Source: Candidatus Shapirobacteria bacterium
GTDB lineage: Bacteria; Patescibacteriota; Microgenomatia; UBA12405
NCBI GenBank assembly: GCA_041659325.1
Contig: JBAZYN010000001.1
Span: 366,819-430,818 of the forward strand
Length of the DNA: 64,000 nt
Reading direction: 5' to 3'
Shown here: positions 1 to 9,621 of the stretch, piece by piece
How positions within the stretch are numbered: position 1 is the stretch's first letter
How the letters are laid out: each line of letters begins with the position of its first letter
Position numbers and translations under genes: made by a program
Notes under the pieces: model-generated
Databases searched by the model: none
What the model was told of the DNA's origin: nothing
Seen by the model: only the letters and a program-made list of their open reading frames with translations

Positions 1-1011
1 CCGTACTTTAATCTTCGGGATATGAACATATCACCGGATTTCCCGACCAGTATCAAAGAATTTATGGTTCATTACAACAAAATTACCGGTAATAAAGACA
101 AGATTGATGCTGTCGTTGCTCTGGATACAAACTTTCTCGTCGACCTCGTAAAAGTTCTCGGGCGGGTAGGTGTATCCGGATTCGGAAATTTTTCTGCCGA
201 ACCGGACAAGCGGTGCGACGGTTGTCCTCAGATCATCTACCAACTCGAATGGATCGCCGGACGGCCTAGAAATTATATAGAAACAGACCGCAAAGGTTTC
301 CTGGGGCCTCTCATGAACTCTCTTTTGTCAAACGCCATGGGTTCAGAAAAAAGCAAAATCGGTCCTCTGGCTCAGGCTGGATTTGACAATATCTTTCAAA
401 AACATATCCTTTTCTATTTCATCGACTCGGATATGCAAAATGCAGCCGAACTGGCAAACATTGGCGGAAAAATTGTTGATCCGGGATCCGACGTAGATTA
501 TTTTCACCTCAACGATGCCAATATGTCTTCGGCAAAAACCAACCTCTTCCTCCGTCAAAAAATCAAGCATGAGATTATCAGTAAAGATGGAAAAGTAGAA
601 CATAAAATTACCGTTACCTACATCAACCCCAGCAAAGGGTCCAATTGTAATTTGGAGAAGGGAGACCTCTGCCTGAACGCTTCCAAGTATCGAAATTGGT
701 TTAGATTTTACGTTCCGAAAGGTTCCACCATGGTCAAAATGACCGGGTCTGAGGTTGAGCCTGTTTTATACGAAGAACTCGGCAAACAGGTTTTTGAAGG
801 CTTTTACGGGAATCGGTTTTTCCTGGCTCCGGAATCCAGTGTAAAAACATCAATTCAATACACTAGCAGTATCCCGGCAAGCTCAAATTACACTCTATAT
901 CTCCAAAAACAACCAGGGACAAAAGCTACCGAATACGACCTCACGGTAAACGGCAAAAAACAGGACACTTTCAGCTGGGTGGCCGACAAAACAATCAAAC
1001 TAGCTCTGTAA
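1..1011 (+). CDS. DUF4012-like extracytoplasmic protein, 5'-truncated by the window edge
   Basis: Frame is open from base 1 (PYFNLRDMNISPDFP, resembling the DUF4012 RDxNxSPDFP motif); C-terminal YLQKQPG motif typical of the family. Confidence 0.65.
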   Translation, partial: PYFNLRDMNISPDFPTSIKEFMVHYNKITGNKDKIDAVVALDTNFLVDLVKVLGRVGVSGFGNFSAEPDKRCDGCPQIIYQLEWIAGRPRNYIETDRKGFLGPLMNSLLSNAMGSEKSKIGPLAQAGFDNIFQKHILFYFIDSDMQNAAELANIGGKIVDPGSDVDYFHLNDANMSSAKTNLFLRQKIKHEIISKDGKVEHKITVTYINPSKGSNCNLEKGDLCLNASKYRNWFRFYVPKGSTMVKMTGSEVEPVLYEELGKQVFEGFYGNRFFLAPESSVKTSIQYTSSIPASSNYTLYLQKQPGTKATEYDLTVNGKKQDTFSWVADKTIKLAL

Positions 1012-1013
1012 CA

Positions 1014-1574
1014 ATGAACCGTTATTCCAATACCCAGGGATTGGTTATCAACAAGAAAAGTATAAATGAAGCGGATATCCTGATAACCCTTCTAACCCCC
1101 GCCAAAGGCAAAATCACCGCTCTGGCAAAAGGTGTAAAAAACATCAAAAGCAGCCGAATCGGCAGCCTTCAACTAGGTAACCTGATAAAGGTAAATCTAT
1201 ACGCCAAAGATAATTTTAACTGGATTTCCGAAGCCCAAACAATTACTCAATTTCTTAGAACCAAAAAAAATCTTACCCAGGTAAATTTATTGTTCTACTT
1301 TTTGGAAATAATAAACACCCTGATTGCCGAAAATCAACATATACCCCAGGTTTTTGACATTTCCAAAAACATTATTGAATCCATCAACAAAAATCAGGTC
1401 AGCCAATATATTGAAAATGAAATCAAACTCCTACGAATTCTCGGATTCGGTGTCACCACGGAAATCGAAAAATCCTATCTGGCAAAAGACTACCGAACCA
1501 CCCAAAAATATGTAAAACAATATTTTGAATCAATTATTGAAAAACCATTAAAATCAAACGAATTATTCAGATGA
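1014..1574 (+). CDS. recO: DNA repair protein RecO
   Basis: N-terminal OB-fold motif EADILITLLT..GKITALAKG; short CPR-like RecO. Confidence 0.85.
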   Translation: MNRYSNTQGLVINKKSINEADILITLLTPAKGKITALAKGVKNIKSSRIGSLQLGNLIKVNLYAKDNFNWISEAQTITQFLRTKKNLTQVNLLFYFLEIINTLIAENQHIPQVFDISKNIIESINKNQVSQYIENEIKLLRILGFGVTTEIEKSYLAKDYRTTQKYVKQYFESIIEKPLKSNELFR

Positions 1575-2932
1575 GATATAAGCTGATTTTTATTATTCTA
1601 TTTTTTACCACCTGTTTTCTTAGACTTTACAATATCCAAACCACGGCCAGGTTTACCAGAGACGAATCAAGCGATTTGGTAAATATAAAAAAAATTTATG
1701 ATGCCCGAAAAGTCACCCTCATCGGACCGATAGGGGAGGGGAATGTCGCCATATTTAGCTCGCTTACCTATTACCTTTGTCTGCCTTTCACCATCCTCTT
1801 TAACTTTGATCCCATCAGCCCCGTTATTGCCACCTCCTTTTTTGGGATTGTCACGGTTTTACTTATTTGGAAACTACTGTCTCTAACCAACTTCAAACAT
1901 CATTTATTGTTTCTGATTCCCGTTTTTATTTTTCCCTACCTTGAATCTTCACGTTGGGCCTGGAACCCGCACTTTATCCCTTTCTGGCAAGTAATCGGTC
2001 TAATACTTTTTTACCTGAATATCCCTTTTAATTTTCTTTTGTCCGGTCTCGCCTTTGGGCTAACTATTCACCAACACTGGTACGCTGCCTTTTCTTGTCT
2101 CGGGGTGGCAATTCTTTTGTTTGCCGAAACAAAAAAAATAAAAACTCTGATTAGCTTCGGCCTGGGTCTTACCGCCTCCATTTTTCCTTTTGCCCTTTTT
2201 GATCTGACCCATCCACCGGGTTTATTTTTTAGCCGAATGATCAACTTCACCCCCATCTCACCCGGTTTGACCAACACCAATATCATCTCAATTGCCGGTC
2301 AATTTTTCTCTTATCTCGTAAACAACAACAGGAATATCGGAATTATTGTTTTTATCCTGAGTCTTGGTCTGATTCTCTACCGACAAAATAAATACCTCAT
2401 CCCCATAATTTTTCAATTCATTGGTCTTTCTTTTATCTCCACTCCGATTGCCAATCGATATCTTCTGCCCGGCGTTCTTTTTTATATTCTTTGGCTATCT
2501 CAAAACATAAAACAGAAACTGACAAAAATTATAATTGTCATAATTCTGGTCACCAACATCTATTACCTGCCTAAAGTTTTTTCACAAAACGACTGGTCAA
2601 CCAATATCAAAGCCCTAAAACAAATAACAAAGCAAATCGCCTCAGAATCCAAAATTGATAATTTACCCTTTAATATAATTGTTCTCCAAAGTCAGGACGG
2701 CAACACCAAAGGCAGCCGTTTTCGCGACCTCCTCTCTCTTCAAAACATCACCCCTCTTCCCCCAAACGACTATGACAATCCCCGAAGTTTATTTGTCATC
2801 AGCCAGAATACCTGGGATAACTTAAAGACCGATGCCGCCTATGAAATCAACAACTTCCGTTCTGACACCCCCACCTCTTGGTGGAAAATCGACAATTCGG
2901 TTTGGTTTTTATATAAAGTAAACAAAAATTAA
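1571..2932 (+). CDS. ArnT/PMT-like (GT-C) membrane glycosyltransferase
   Basis: Multi-TM; FTRDE motif after TM1; SRWAWNPH motif. Confidence 0.65.
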   Translation: MRYKLIFIILFFTTCFLRLYNIQTTARFTRDESSDLVNIKKIYDARKVTLIGPIGEGNVAIFSSLTYYLCLPFTILFNFDPISPVIATSFFGIVTVLLIWKLLSLTNFKHHLLFLIPVFIFPYLESSRWAWNPHFIPFWQVIGLILFYLNIPFNFLLSGLAFGLTIHQHWYAAFSCLGVAILLFAETKKIKTLISFGLGLTASIFPFALFDLTHPPGLFFSRMINFTPISPGLTNTNIISIAGQFFSYLVNNNRNIGIIVFILSLGLILYRQNKYLIPIIFQFIGLSFISTPIANRYLLPGVLFYILWLSQNIKQKLTKIIIVIILVTNIYYLPKVFSQNDWSTNIKALKQITKQIASESKIDNLPFNIIVLQSQDGNTKGSRFRDLLSLQNITPLPPNDYDNPRSLFVISQNTWDNLKTDAAYEINNFRSDTPTSWWKIDNSVWFLYKVNKN

Positions 2933-2947
2933 AGGTATAATAGGCTC

Positions 2948-4264
2948 ATGGAGAATAATACAGATGACTTAGTAGCCAAAATTGTTTCCCTTTGTAAACG
3001 CCGGGGAATTATTTATCAAAACTCAGAAATTTATGGCGGCATTCAGGGATTTTATGACTTTGGACCCATCGGTTCCCAAATGAAACTTAATTGGAAAAAC
3101 CTTTGGTGGAGAGACAACGTCACCAGAAGGCGGGATGTTGTCGGAATCGACGGTAGTATTATTACTCACCCAAAAGTTTGGGAAGCCTCCGGACACGTAA
3201 AGAATTTTGGTGATATTTTGGTCGAATGCAAATCCTGTCACAAACGTTTCCGTCCTGATCTAATCGGTAATGTTGCTAAGTGCCCCGAATGCAGCGGCCA
3301 ATTCACCGAAGGTCGAAAATATAACATACTGTTTGAAACAGATATCGGTGTAATCGAAGGTGAAAAAATGCATGCTTATCTTCGGGGAGAGGCCTGCCAA
3401 ACAATTTATCTGGATTTCAAAAATATCGTTGACTCCTGCCGGGTTAAAATCCCCTTTGGCATCGCCCAAATTGGTAAAGCCTTCAGAAACGAAATTACCC
3501 CAAAAAATTTCCTTTATCGAACCCGGGAGTTCGAACAATGGGATATTCAGTATTTTGTCCACCCCTCCGAGATGGATAAATGGTACGAATATTGGAAAGA
3601 AAGCCGGATGAACTGGTATCGATCACTATTCAACAATTCCAAAAGTCTTCGATTCCGTGCCCACGAAAAAGATGAACTGGCATTTTATGCCCAAAAAGCA
3701 TTTGATATCGAATACCAAGCCCCGTGGGGTTGGGCCGAAATGGAAGGTCTTCACTGGCGCGGAGATTATGATCTGACGCAACACAGTAAATTCAGCGGAC
3801 AAGACTTAAGCTATGTCGATCCTGTCACCCATGAAAAATATTTACCCCACATCACTGAGTGTTCCGGGGGTGTTGACCGAAGTTTCTTTTTCATGCTTCT
3901 TGACAGCTACAATGAACAAACATTGGAAAGCGGAGAAACCCGAATCTTTTTGAAAATTAATCCCAAAATTTCCGCCTACAAAATCGCCATAATTCCCTTG
4001 GCTTCAAATAAGCCCGACCTTGTTAGTCTGGCAGAGACTATTTACTCCGAACTTAGCTCTAGATACTCCGTGGATTGGGACGACAGCAGTAATATCGGTA
4101 AAAAATACCGTCGCCAGGACGAGATCGGTACCCCCTGGTGTCTTGTGGTTGACTTCCAGACTCTTGAAGACGGTACGGTTACTATCCGGGACCGTGATAC
4201 CATGGAACAAATCAGAATCAACAAAGACCACGTCGATTCCTGGTTGCAGGAAAAACTTATCTAA
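2948..4264 (+). CDS. glyQS: Glycine--tRNA ligase, alpha2 type
   Basis: LCKRRG..EIYGG..YDFGP, IAQIGKAFRNEITP, IGKKYRRQDEIGTP. Confidence 0.95.
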   Translation: MENNTDDLVAKIVSLCKRRGIIYQNSEIYGGIQGFYDFGPIGSQMKLNWKNLWWRDNVTRRRDVVGIDGSIITHPKVWEASGHVKNFGDILVECKSCHKRFRPDLIGNVAKCPECSGQFTEGRKYNILFETDIGVIEGEKMHAYLRGEACQTIYLDFKNIVDSCRVKIPFGIAQIGKAFRNEITPKNFLYRTREFEQWDIQYFVHPSEMDKWYEYWKESRMNWYRSLFNNSKSLRFRAHEKDELAFYAQKAFDIEYQAPWGWAEMEGLHWRGDYDLTQHSKFSGQDLSYVDPVTHEKYLPHITECSGGVDRSFFFMLLDSYNEQTLESGETRIFLKINPKISAYKIAIIPLASNKPDLVSLAETIYSELSSRYSVDWDDSSNIGKKYRRQDEIGTPWCLVVDFQTLEDGTVTIRDRDTMEQIRINKDHVDSWLQEKLI

Positions 4265-4283
4265 AACCTTTATAATCATTACT

Positions 4284-4928
4284 ATGCAAAAACAAAATCG
4301 AATAATAACTCTCAGCATTTTATCTCTATCAATGTTACTTCTTTCTGCCTGTGGAGCCAAAAAACCCGAATCCAATACCCAGCCAACCCCTACCGTCACT
4401 AAGTTGATTGAATTAACCCCGGAAGAACAACCCTACATTAAACTTATTCCCAGAGCCGATGGCCACGAGCTAAAGCTGGTCATTCAAAAACTAAACACCA
4501 ACATCAGTGAAATCGACTATGAATTAATCTATACCGCCACCGACAACGGCCAGGAGATTGAAAAAGGAGTAAGCGGCAACATGAAGGTAGAGGGTAAATC
4601 AGTTGAAAGGGATTTGCTGCTTGGAACTGCCAGTTGCACCAATGGCTGTAAATACAAATATGACACCGGTATCAGTCAGGGGACATTAATGCTAACTTTG
4701 GCCACTTCTTCCGGCCAGGTTTCGACTTTTGAGACCCCCTTTACCCTTAAATCAGCCGCCGCCCTAAAAACAGAAAAGGAAATTAAGCTCCCCACCGCAA
4801 ATTTTTCGGTTAAGGTCACACCAAAGACCGGAGAATACTATACCGTCATCAAAAACGCCCTTGTCTATTCTGTATTTTCCAGTAACACCAGCAATCCCCT
4901 GGTTAGCGAAACTCCGCTTGACAATTAA
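4284..4928 (+). CDS. Lipoprotein of unknown function
   Basis: True start ATG 4284 (TATAAT 7 nt upstream); signal peptide with lipobox LSAC; PTPT linker. Confidence 0.75.
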   Translation: MQKQNRIITLSILSLSMLLLSACGAKKPESNTQPTPTVTKLIELTPEEQPYIKLIPRADGHELKLVIQKLNTNISEIDYELIYTATDNGQEIEKGVSGNMKVEGKSVERDLLLGTASCTNGCKYKYDTGISQGTLMLTLATSSGQVSTFETPFTLKSAAALKTEKEIKLPTANFSVKVTPKTGEYYTVIKNALVYSVFSSNTSNPLVSETPLDN

Positions 4929-4929
4929 A

Positions 4930-5799
4930 ATGCTCTATCACACCCCGGTTCTGGTTGAAGAGACAATCCAATTTTTCGACCCAAAACCTGGTCAGATATA
5001 TATCGACGCTACACTCGGAAATGGCGGACATACTATAGAAATTCTAAAAACCGGTGCTAAAGTTTTTGGCATTGACCAGGATCCACTTAACCTGAAAATT
5101 GCCACTACAAGAATCAGCGAGGCGAACCTTGATAATAAATTTATTCCTATCCACGGAAATTTTAACGATTTAGAAAATATATTTTCAAAAACTATTCAGA
5201 CTCCACCCGATGGTATCCTGTTCGATTTGGGATTAAGTCAAAACCAACAATTATCCCGAAACAGGGGATTCTCTTTTAATGACGATCTTTCTCTGGATAT
5301 GCGACTCGATCCCGAAAACCAGGAAATTACCGCCGAATATATTGTCAATACCTATTCTTTTGACGAACTTTACGAAATCTTTACAAAATACGCCCAGGAA
5401 ATATATAGTAAACCACTAATCATTAGAATTATAAAAGCCCGTCAAAAAAAACCGGTCAAAAACAGTTCTCAACTGGCAAATATTATCAGGGATTACTATC
5501 GGGAAAAACACAACCAGTCACGCATTGACCCAAGTACAAAAATATTTATGGCCCTAAGAATTGCCGTTAACAACGAATTTAGTAATCTCAAGTCAGCCCT
5601 AACTCAAGCCGTCAATATTTCAAAACCCCAAACCACCATTTGCGTTATTACCTTCCATTCCGGGGAAGATAGAATTATAAAACAGTTTATTAAAAAAAAT
5701 TTCCCAAACGCCCCCAAACCCATAATGCCTACTCAAAAAGAAATAACGAAAAACCCATTATCCCGCTCTGCCATCCTCAGATCGTTTAGAATTAGCTAA
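4930..5799 (+). CDS. rsmH: 16S rRNA m4C1402 methyltransferase
   Basis: HTPVL, IDATLGNGGH, LDMRLD, ITFHSGEDR, NPLSRSAILR; heads the dcw cluster. Confidence 0.95.
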   Translation: MLYHTPVLVEETIQFFDPKPGQIYIDATLGNGGHTIEILKTGAKVFGIDQDPLNLKIATTRISEANLDNKFIPIHGNFNDLENIFSKTIQTPPDGILFDLGLSQNQQLSRNRGFSFNDDLSLDMRLDPENQEITAEYIVNTYSFDELYEIFTKYAQEIYSKPLIIRIIKARQKKPVKNSSQLANIIRDYYREKHNQSRIDPSTKIFMALRIAVNNEFSNLKSALTQAVNISKPQTTICVITFHSGEDRIIKQFIKKNFPNAPKPIMPTQKEITKNPLSRSAILRSFRIS

Positions 5800-6062
5800 T
5801 GCCGATCAAAAATTTCTTAATCCTGTCGCTCGCTTTTTCACTCTTACTTCAGATATCTTTTTCCATTTATTACTCAAGTGAAATTACTACCCAAAATACC
5901 AACCACAAAAACCTATTGGAAAATATCGATAAATTAGAAACTGAACACCAGAATCTTCAAGCGATCCTGGCTACTGAAACCTCACTCACTAAGCTCGAGC
6001 CATACCTAATCGGGAAAAATTATCAGCCGATTTGGCAACTTATTGACTTAAATCAACCATAA
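5799..6062 (+). CDS. FtsL-like bitopic coiled-coil protein
   Basis: One TM plus coiled coil; sits between rsmH and ftsI. Confidence 0.6.
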   Translation: MPIKNFLILSLAFSLLLQISFSIYYSSEITTQNTNHKNLLENIDKLETEHQNLQAILATETSLTKLEPYLIGKNYQPIWQLIDLNQP

Positions 6063-6063
6063 T

Positions 6064-7671
6064 ATGTATCAAAAGAGAGCTAAGACAGTTTTTCTGACAA
6101 TATTGTTAGCATTTTCCGCCATTATATTGAGATTATTTTATTGGCAAATCATAAAGGGTGATGAGTTCAGAAAAAAAGCAATACTTCAAACTTATAAACT
6201 TGAAAAAATCCTTCCGGCAAAAGGCACCATAAATTCAGCAGACGGCTACCCCATGGCTCTAAGTCAGGACATCTACCAAGTATCGATTTATAAACCAAAT
6301 CTTAAGACAAATATCGACAACGTTATCTACCAGATAAATCAATCTATTCCCAACCTTATAGACTCCACCCATCCAACGGTAAAATCATTCATTACAAACC
6401 AAAATATAAAATGGGTAGACCTGCCGACCAAAATCTCCAAAGACAAAGTTGAAAAAATTAATCTACCAGGAATTAGTTTCAAGAAATATCAATCAAGGTT
6501 TTACCCGGAAAATCACCTGGCAAAAAATATTCTTTCCGGCCTGGAAAATTATTATATTAAACAACTTGCCGGAAAAACCGGCTTTTCCTTAACCGCCAAA
6601 GATGCCGTCGGCAACATCCTTCTGACCAAAAAAAGCTGGAATAAACTGGCAGTAGATGGACAAAATTTGCATCTTTACCTAAACCGCGGTATTCAGTTAC
6701 AAACCGAGCAGCTGTTGTCAAAAGGGATAAGACAATTCTCGGCCGACTCAGGATCAATTATTATTATCGATCCGCAAACGGGGGGAATACTTGCCATGTC
6801 TTCCCAAGGGGCCACAGACTCGGCAATACTAAATACACCACAAAACACTACTATTTCTAATCTGTTCGAGCCCGGTTCTATCTTCAAGCCACTGGTTGTT
6901 TCCATGGCTCTGGACATAAGTGCAATTCAGCCCGACTATATCTGCACTAAATGCAACCAGACTATAACCTTCGGTGAATATACCATTGGAAACTGGGACA
7001 ATCAAATCCATCCCGACTCAACCCTAAACGATATTATCAAAAACTCCGACAATATCGGCATGAGCCATATTATTGCCCGGCTCAGACTCGATAATTTTTT
7101 GAAATACTACTCGGAGCTTGGTTTAACTCAAAAAACCGGAATAGACCTCCAGGGAGAAACAAAACCTGTCGCAAAAAAATACTGGAGTGATGTTGATCTG
7201 GCCACCGCCTCCTTTGGGCAGGGGATAGCCGTGACTCAAATTCAGATGGTTCAGGCTTTCAACACCATTGCCAACAACGGCATTTTGGTACCTCCGAAAC
7301 TCGTTAAATCAATTACTGAAAACAACAAAACCATCAAAACAGGTCAACAAAAAATCAAAAGAGTTTTTCAGGAATCAACCATAAAAGAAGTAAAATCCAT
7401 CCTTAAATTTGCAGTAGAAAACGGCGCTATTTCCGGATTGAAACCAAAACAAATGGAAGTATGTGCCAAAAGTGGTACTGCTCAAGTGGCTGTTAAAGGC
7501 GGGTATTCAGAAAGCTCAGGTATCGCCTCATACATCGGTTTCTCCCCCTGCCAAAATCCAAAGTTTACCATGATTGTCACCATCAACAACCCAAAAACAT
7601 CTTCCTGGGGATCGAGTACTGCTGCTCCGATATGGTTCGATTTGGCCAGTCGTATCTACAATTTGCTATAA
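6064..7671 (+). CDS. ftsI: Class B penicillin-binding protein (FtsI/PBP3)
   Basis: EPGSIFK (SxxK), SDN (SxN), KSGTAQ (KTG-like); dcw position. Confidence 0.85.
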   Translation: MYQKRAKTVFLTILLAFSAIILRLFYWQIIKGDEFRKKAILQTYKLEKILPAKGTINSADGYPMALSQDIYQVSIYKPNLKTNIDNVIYQINQSIPNLIDSTHPTVKSFITNQNIKWVDLPTKISKDKVEKINLPGISFKKYQSRFYPENHLAKNILSGLENYYIKQLAGKTGFSLTAKDAVGNILLTKKSWNKLAVDGQNLHLYLNRGIQLQTEQLLSKGIRQFSADSGSIIIIDPQTGGILAMSSQGATDSAILNTPQNTTISNLFEPGSIFKPLVVSMALDISAIQPDYICTKCNQTITFGEYTIGNWDNQIHPDSTLNDIIKNSDNIGMSHIIARLRLDNFLKYYSELGLTQKTGIDLQGETKPVAKKYWSDVDLATASFGQGIAVTQIQMVQAFNTIANNGILVPPKLVKSITENNKTIKTGQQKIKRVFQESTIKEVKSILKFAVENGAISGLKPKQMEVCAKSGTAQVAVKGGYSESSGIASYIGFSPCQNPKFTMIVTINNPKTSSWGSSTAAPIWFDLASRIYNLL

Positions 7672-7685
7672 TTAACCCAATCTCA

Positions 7686-8990
7686 ATGTTTTTTCTCCAA
7701 AAAATAAAAAACCTGTTTTGGCACCTACCGAAAAGTATATTTTTTAACCTATATTACGGTCTCCCTTCGAGAAAACTAATATTAATCGGTGTTACCGGTA
7801 CGGACGGGAAAACTACTACTTGTACTTTGATTCATGAAATTCTGAAAAACAACGGCCTCCAATCCGGCCTGATAAGCACCATCCATGCCAAAATTGGCGA
7901 CAAAATTATCGAAACCGGACTTCATACCACCAGTCCGGACCCAAAATTAATCCAACAACTATTTCGCCGGATGGTCAAGGCCGGTCTTACCCACTGTGTA
8001 TGCGAAGTCACCTCCCATGCCCTGGATCAAAACAGGTTTTGGGGATGTCAGTTTGAAATATCCGCCATTACCAATACTTCCCATGAACACCTCGATTACC
8101 ACAAAACAATGGAAAATTATCTTCGCTCAAAAACGAAACTTTTCCGAATTTCTAATCACGCCATTCTAAATAAAGACGATCCTTCATACAACATTATTTC
8201 CCCCACCGTCACTGTCCCTCATAAAACTTATAGCATTAATAAAAAATCTGATTTTCAGGCGAAAGATATCACCATCAAAAAAACTTACATGGAGTTTATG
8301 GTCAATGGAGTCAAAATTAAAACCGACAGTAACTACCACTACCAAATATACAATATCCTTGCCTCATTGGCCGTTACTAAACACCTCGGAATAAACATCC
8401 ATACCGCCAAATCAACCATCGTAAAATTTCCCGAAACCAAAGGCCGCCGAGAAGAGGTTCCCAATGAATTTGGTATCAAAACTATCATCGATTTTGCTCA
8501 TACTCCCTATGCCCTGGAAAGTACTTTAAGCGCTCTTAAAAATATAACTCCAAACAATCTGATTGTAATTTTTGGGGCAACCGGTGGACGAGACAAAAGT
8601 AAAAGGCCACTTATGGGCAAAACGGTTTCCCATGTCGCCAATATTGCCCTTCTTACTTCCGACGACACCAGAAACGAAAAAGTTGAAGATATCAACGAAC
8701 AAATTATAAGTGGAATTGACAAGAATTTATCCGAATTATGGGACTACAAAGAAGTTCAGTCTCAAAATTTATATTCCAAAGTGACCCAAGCCGCAAGAAA
8801 AAAATTTACTTTTATGAATATCCCCAATCGCCAGGACGCTTTTAACATCGCCGCCAAACTGGCTCACCCGGGTGACACAATAGTCGCCTGCGGAAAGGGT
8901 CACGAAACAACTATTTTACACGGCTCAACCGAATATCCATGGTCAGAATCAGAAGCCTTCAGAAGTGCTCTTAGATTTCGAAATATCTAA
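7686..8990 (+). CDS. murE: MurE-family ligase
   Basis: GVTGTDGKTTT, EVTSHALDQNR, HEHLDYH, IDFAHTP, GKGHE; specificity motif is DDTR. Confidence 0.85.
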   Translation: MFFLQKIKNLFWHLPKSIFFNLYYGLPSRKLILIGVTGTDGKTTTCTLIHEILKNNGLQSGLISTIHAKIGDKIIETGLHTTSPDPKLIQQLFRRMVKAGLTHCVCEVTSHALDQNRFWGCQFEISAITNTSHEHLDYHKTMENYLRSKTKLFRISNHAILNKDDPSYNIISPTVTVPHKTYSINKKSDFQAKDITIKKTYMEFMVNGVKIKTDSNYHYQIYNILASLAVTKHLGINIHTAKSTIVKFPETKGRREEVPNEFGIKTIIDFAHTPYALESTLSALKNITPNNLIVIFGATGGRDKSKRPLMGKTVSHVANIALLTSDDTRNEKVEDINEQIISGIDKNLSELWDYKEVQSQNLYSKVTQAARKKFTFMNIPNRQDAFNIAAKLAHPGDTIVACGKGHETTILHGSTEYPWSESEAFRSALRFRNI

Positions 8991-8991
8991 T

Positions 8992-9582
8992 ATGACTCAA
9001 TACAACCTTCAAATTAATTCCCCCGTTGACGAAAACTACGAACATGGGTTTTTACCCCAAAGAAACAACAAAAACCTCTTTTATCAGGAAACTAGCTCAC
9101 GCTCAAATCTTCACCACTTCTCCCTCAGTTCAGAAAACAGAAGAATTATTTCTAAAACCACACAATATAACTACGACTTTCTACCGCTAGCTGATTTTAC
9201 CTATAGTCTGTCCATAAAAAAAACAATCAATACCTGGATTCACAAACTTGGCTGGATTTTTCCGATGGGTTCGGTAAAAACAATATTTAATAATCATATC
9301 TTTAATTACCTTTATATCTGGAAAAATGAGCAACAACAAGTTATTGCTTATTCGATATGTTATTTTTCTGAAAAAATTTCTCATATTGCTTACGTTTTTT
9401 ACGACCCCACTTATTCGCACACCAATTTCCCGATCAGATTAACTCTGCAAACAGTTATCGACAGCCAAAAGAGGGGACTCGATTATTGTTATCTGGGCAG
9501 GTTCTCAAAAGATTCTGGATACTATAAAAGAACCATGCCCGGCTTCGAATATTTTAAAGATAATAAATGGATTACATTATAA
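8992..9582 (+). CDS. ATE/Bpt-like aminoacyl-tRNA-dependent transferase
   Basis: FSLSSENRR, AYVFYDP, RGLDYCYLG, YK..MPGFE match the ATE/Bpt C-terminal signature. Confidence 0.7.
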   Translation: MTQYNLQINSPVDENYEHGFLPQRNNKNLFYQETSSRSNLHHFSLSSENRRIISKTTQYNYDFLPLADFTYSLSIKKTINTWIHKLGWIFPMGSVKTIFNNHIFNYLYIWKNEQQQVIAYSICYFSEKISHIAYVFYDPTYSHTNFPIRLTLQTVIDSQKRGLDYCYLGRFSKDSGYYKRTMPGFEYFKDNKWITL

Positions 9583-9610
9583 ACTTTAAGACTTTTAGAC
9601 TTTTAGACTT
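9583..9610. repeat. Short tandem repeat (ACTTTTAG-like, about 3.5 units)
   Basis: actttaag-acttttag-acttttag-actt in the intergenic gap. Confidence 0.7.
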
Positions 9611-9621
9611 CATAAATTAAT

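Noticed and set aside
4020-4283. N-terminal extension of the lipoprotein ORF
   Set aside because: It overlaps glyQS; the signal peptide and -10 box point to ATG 4284.
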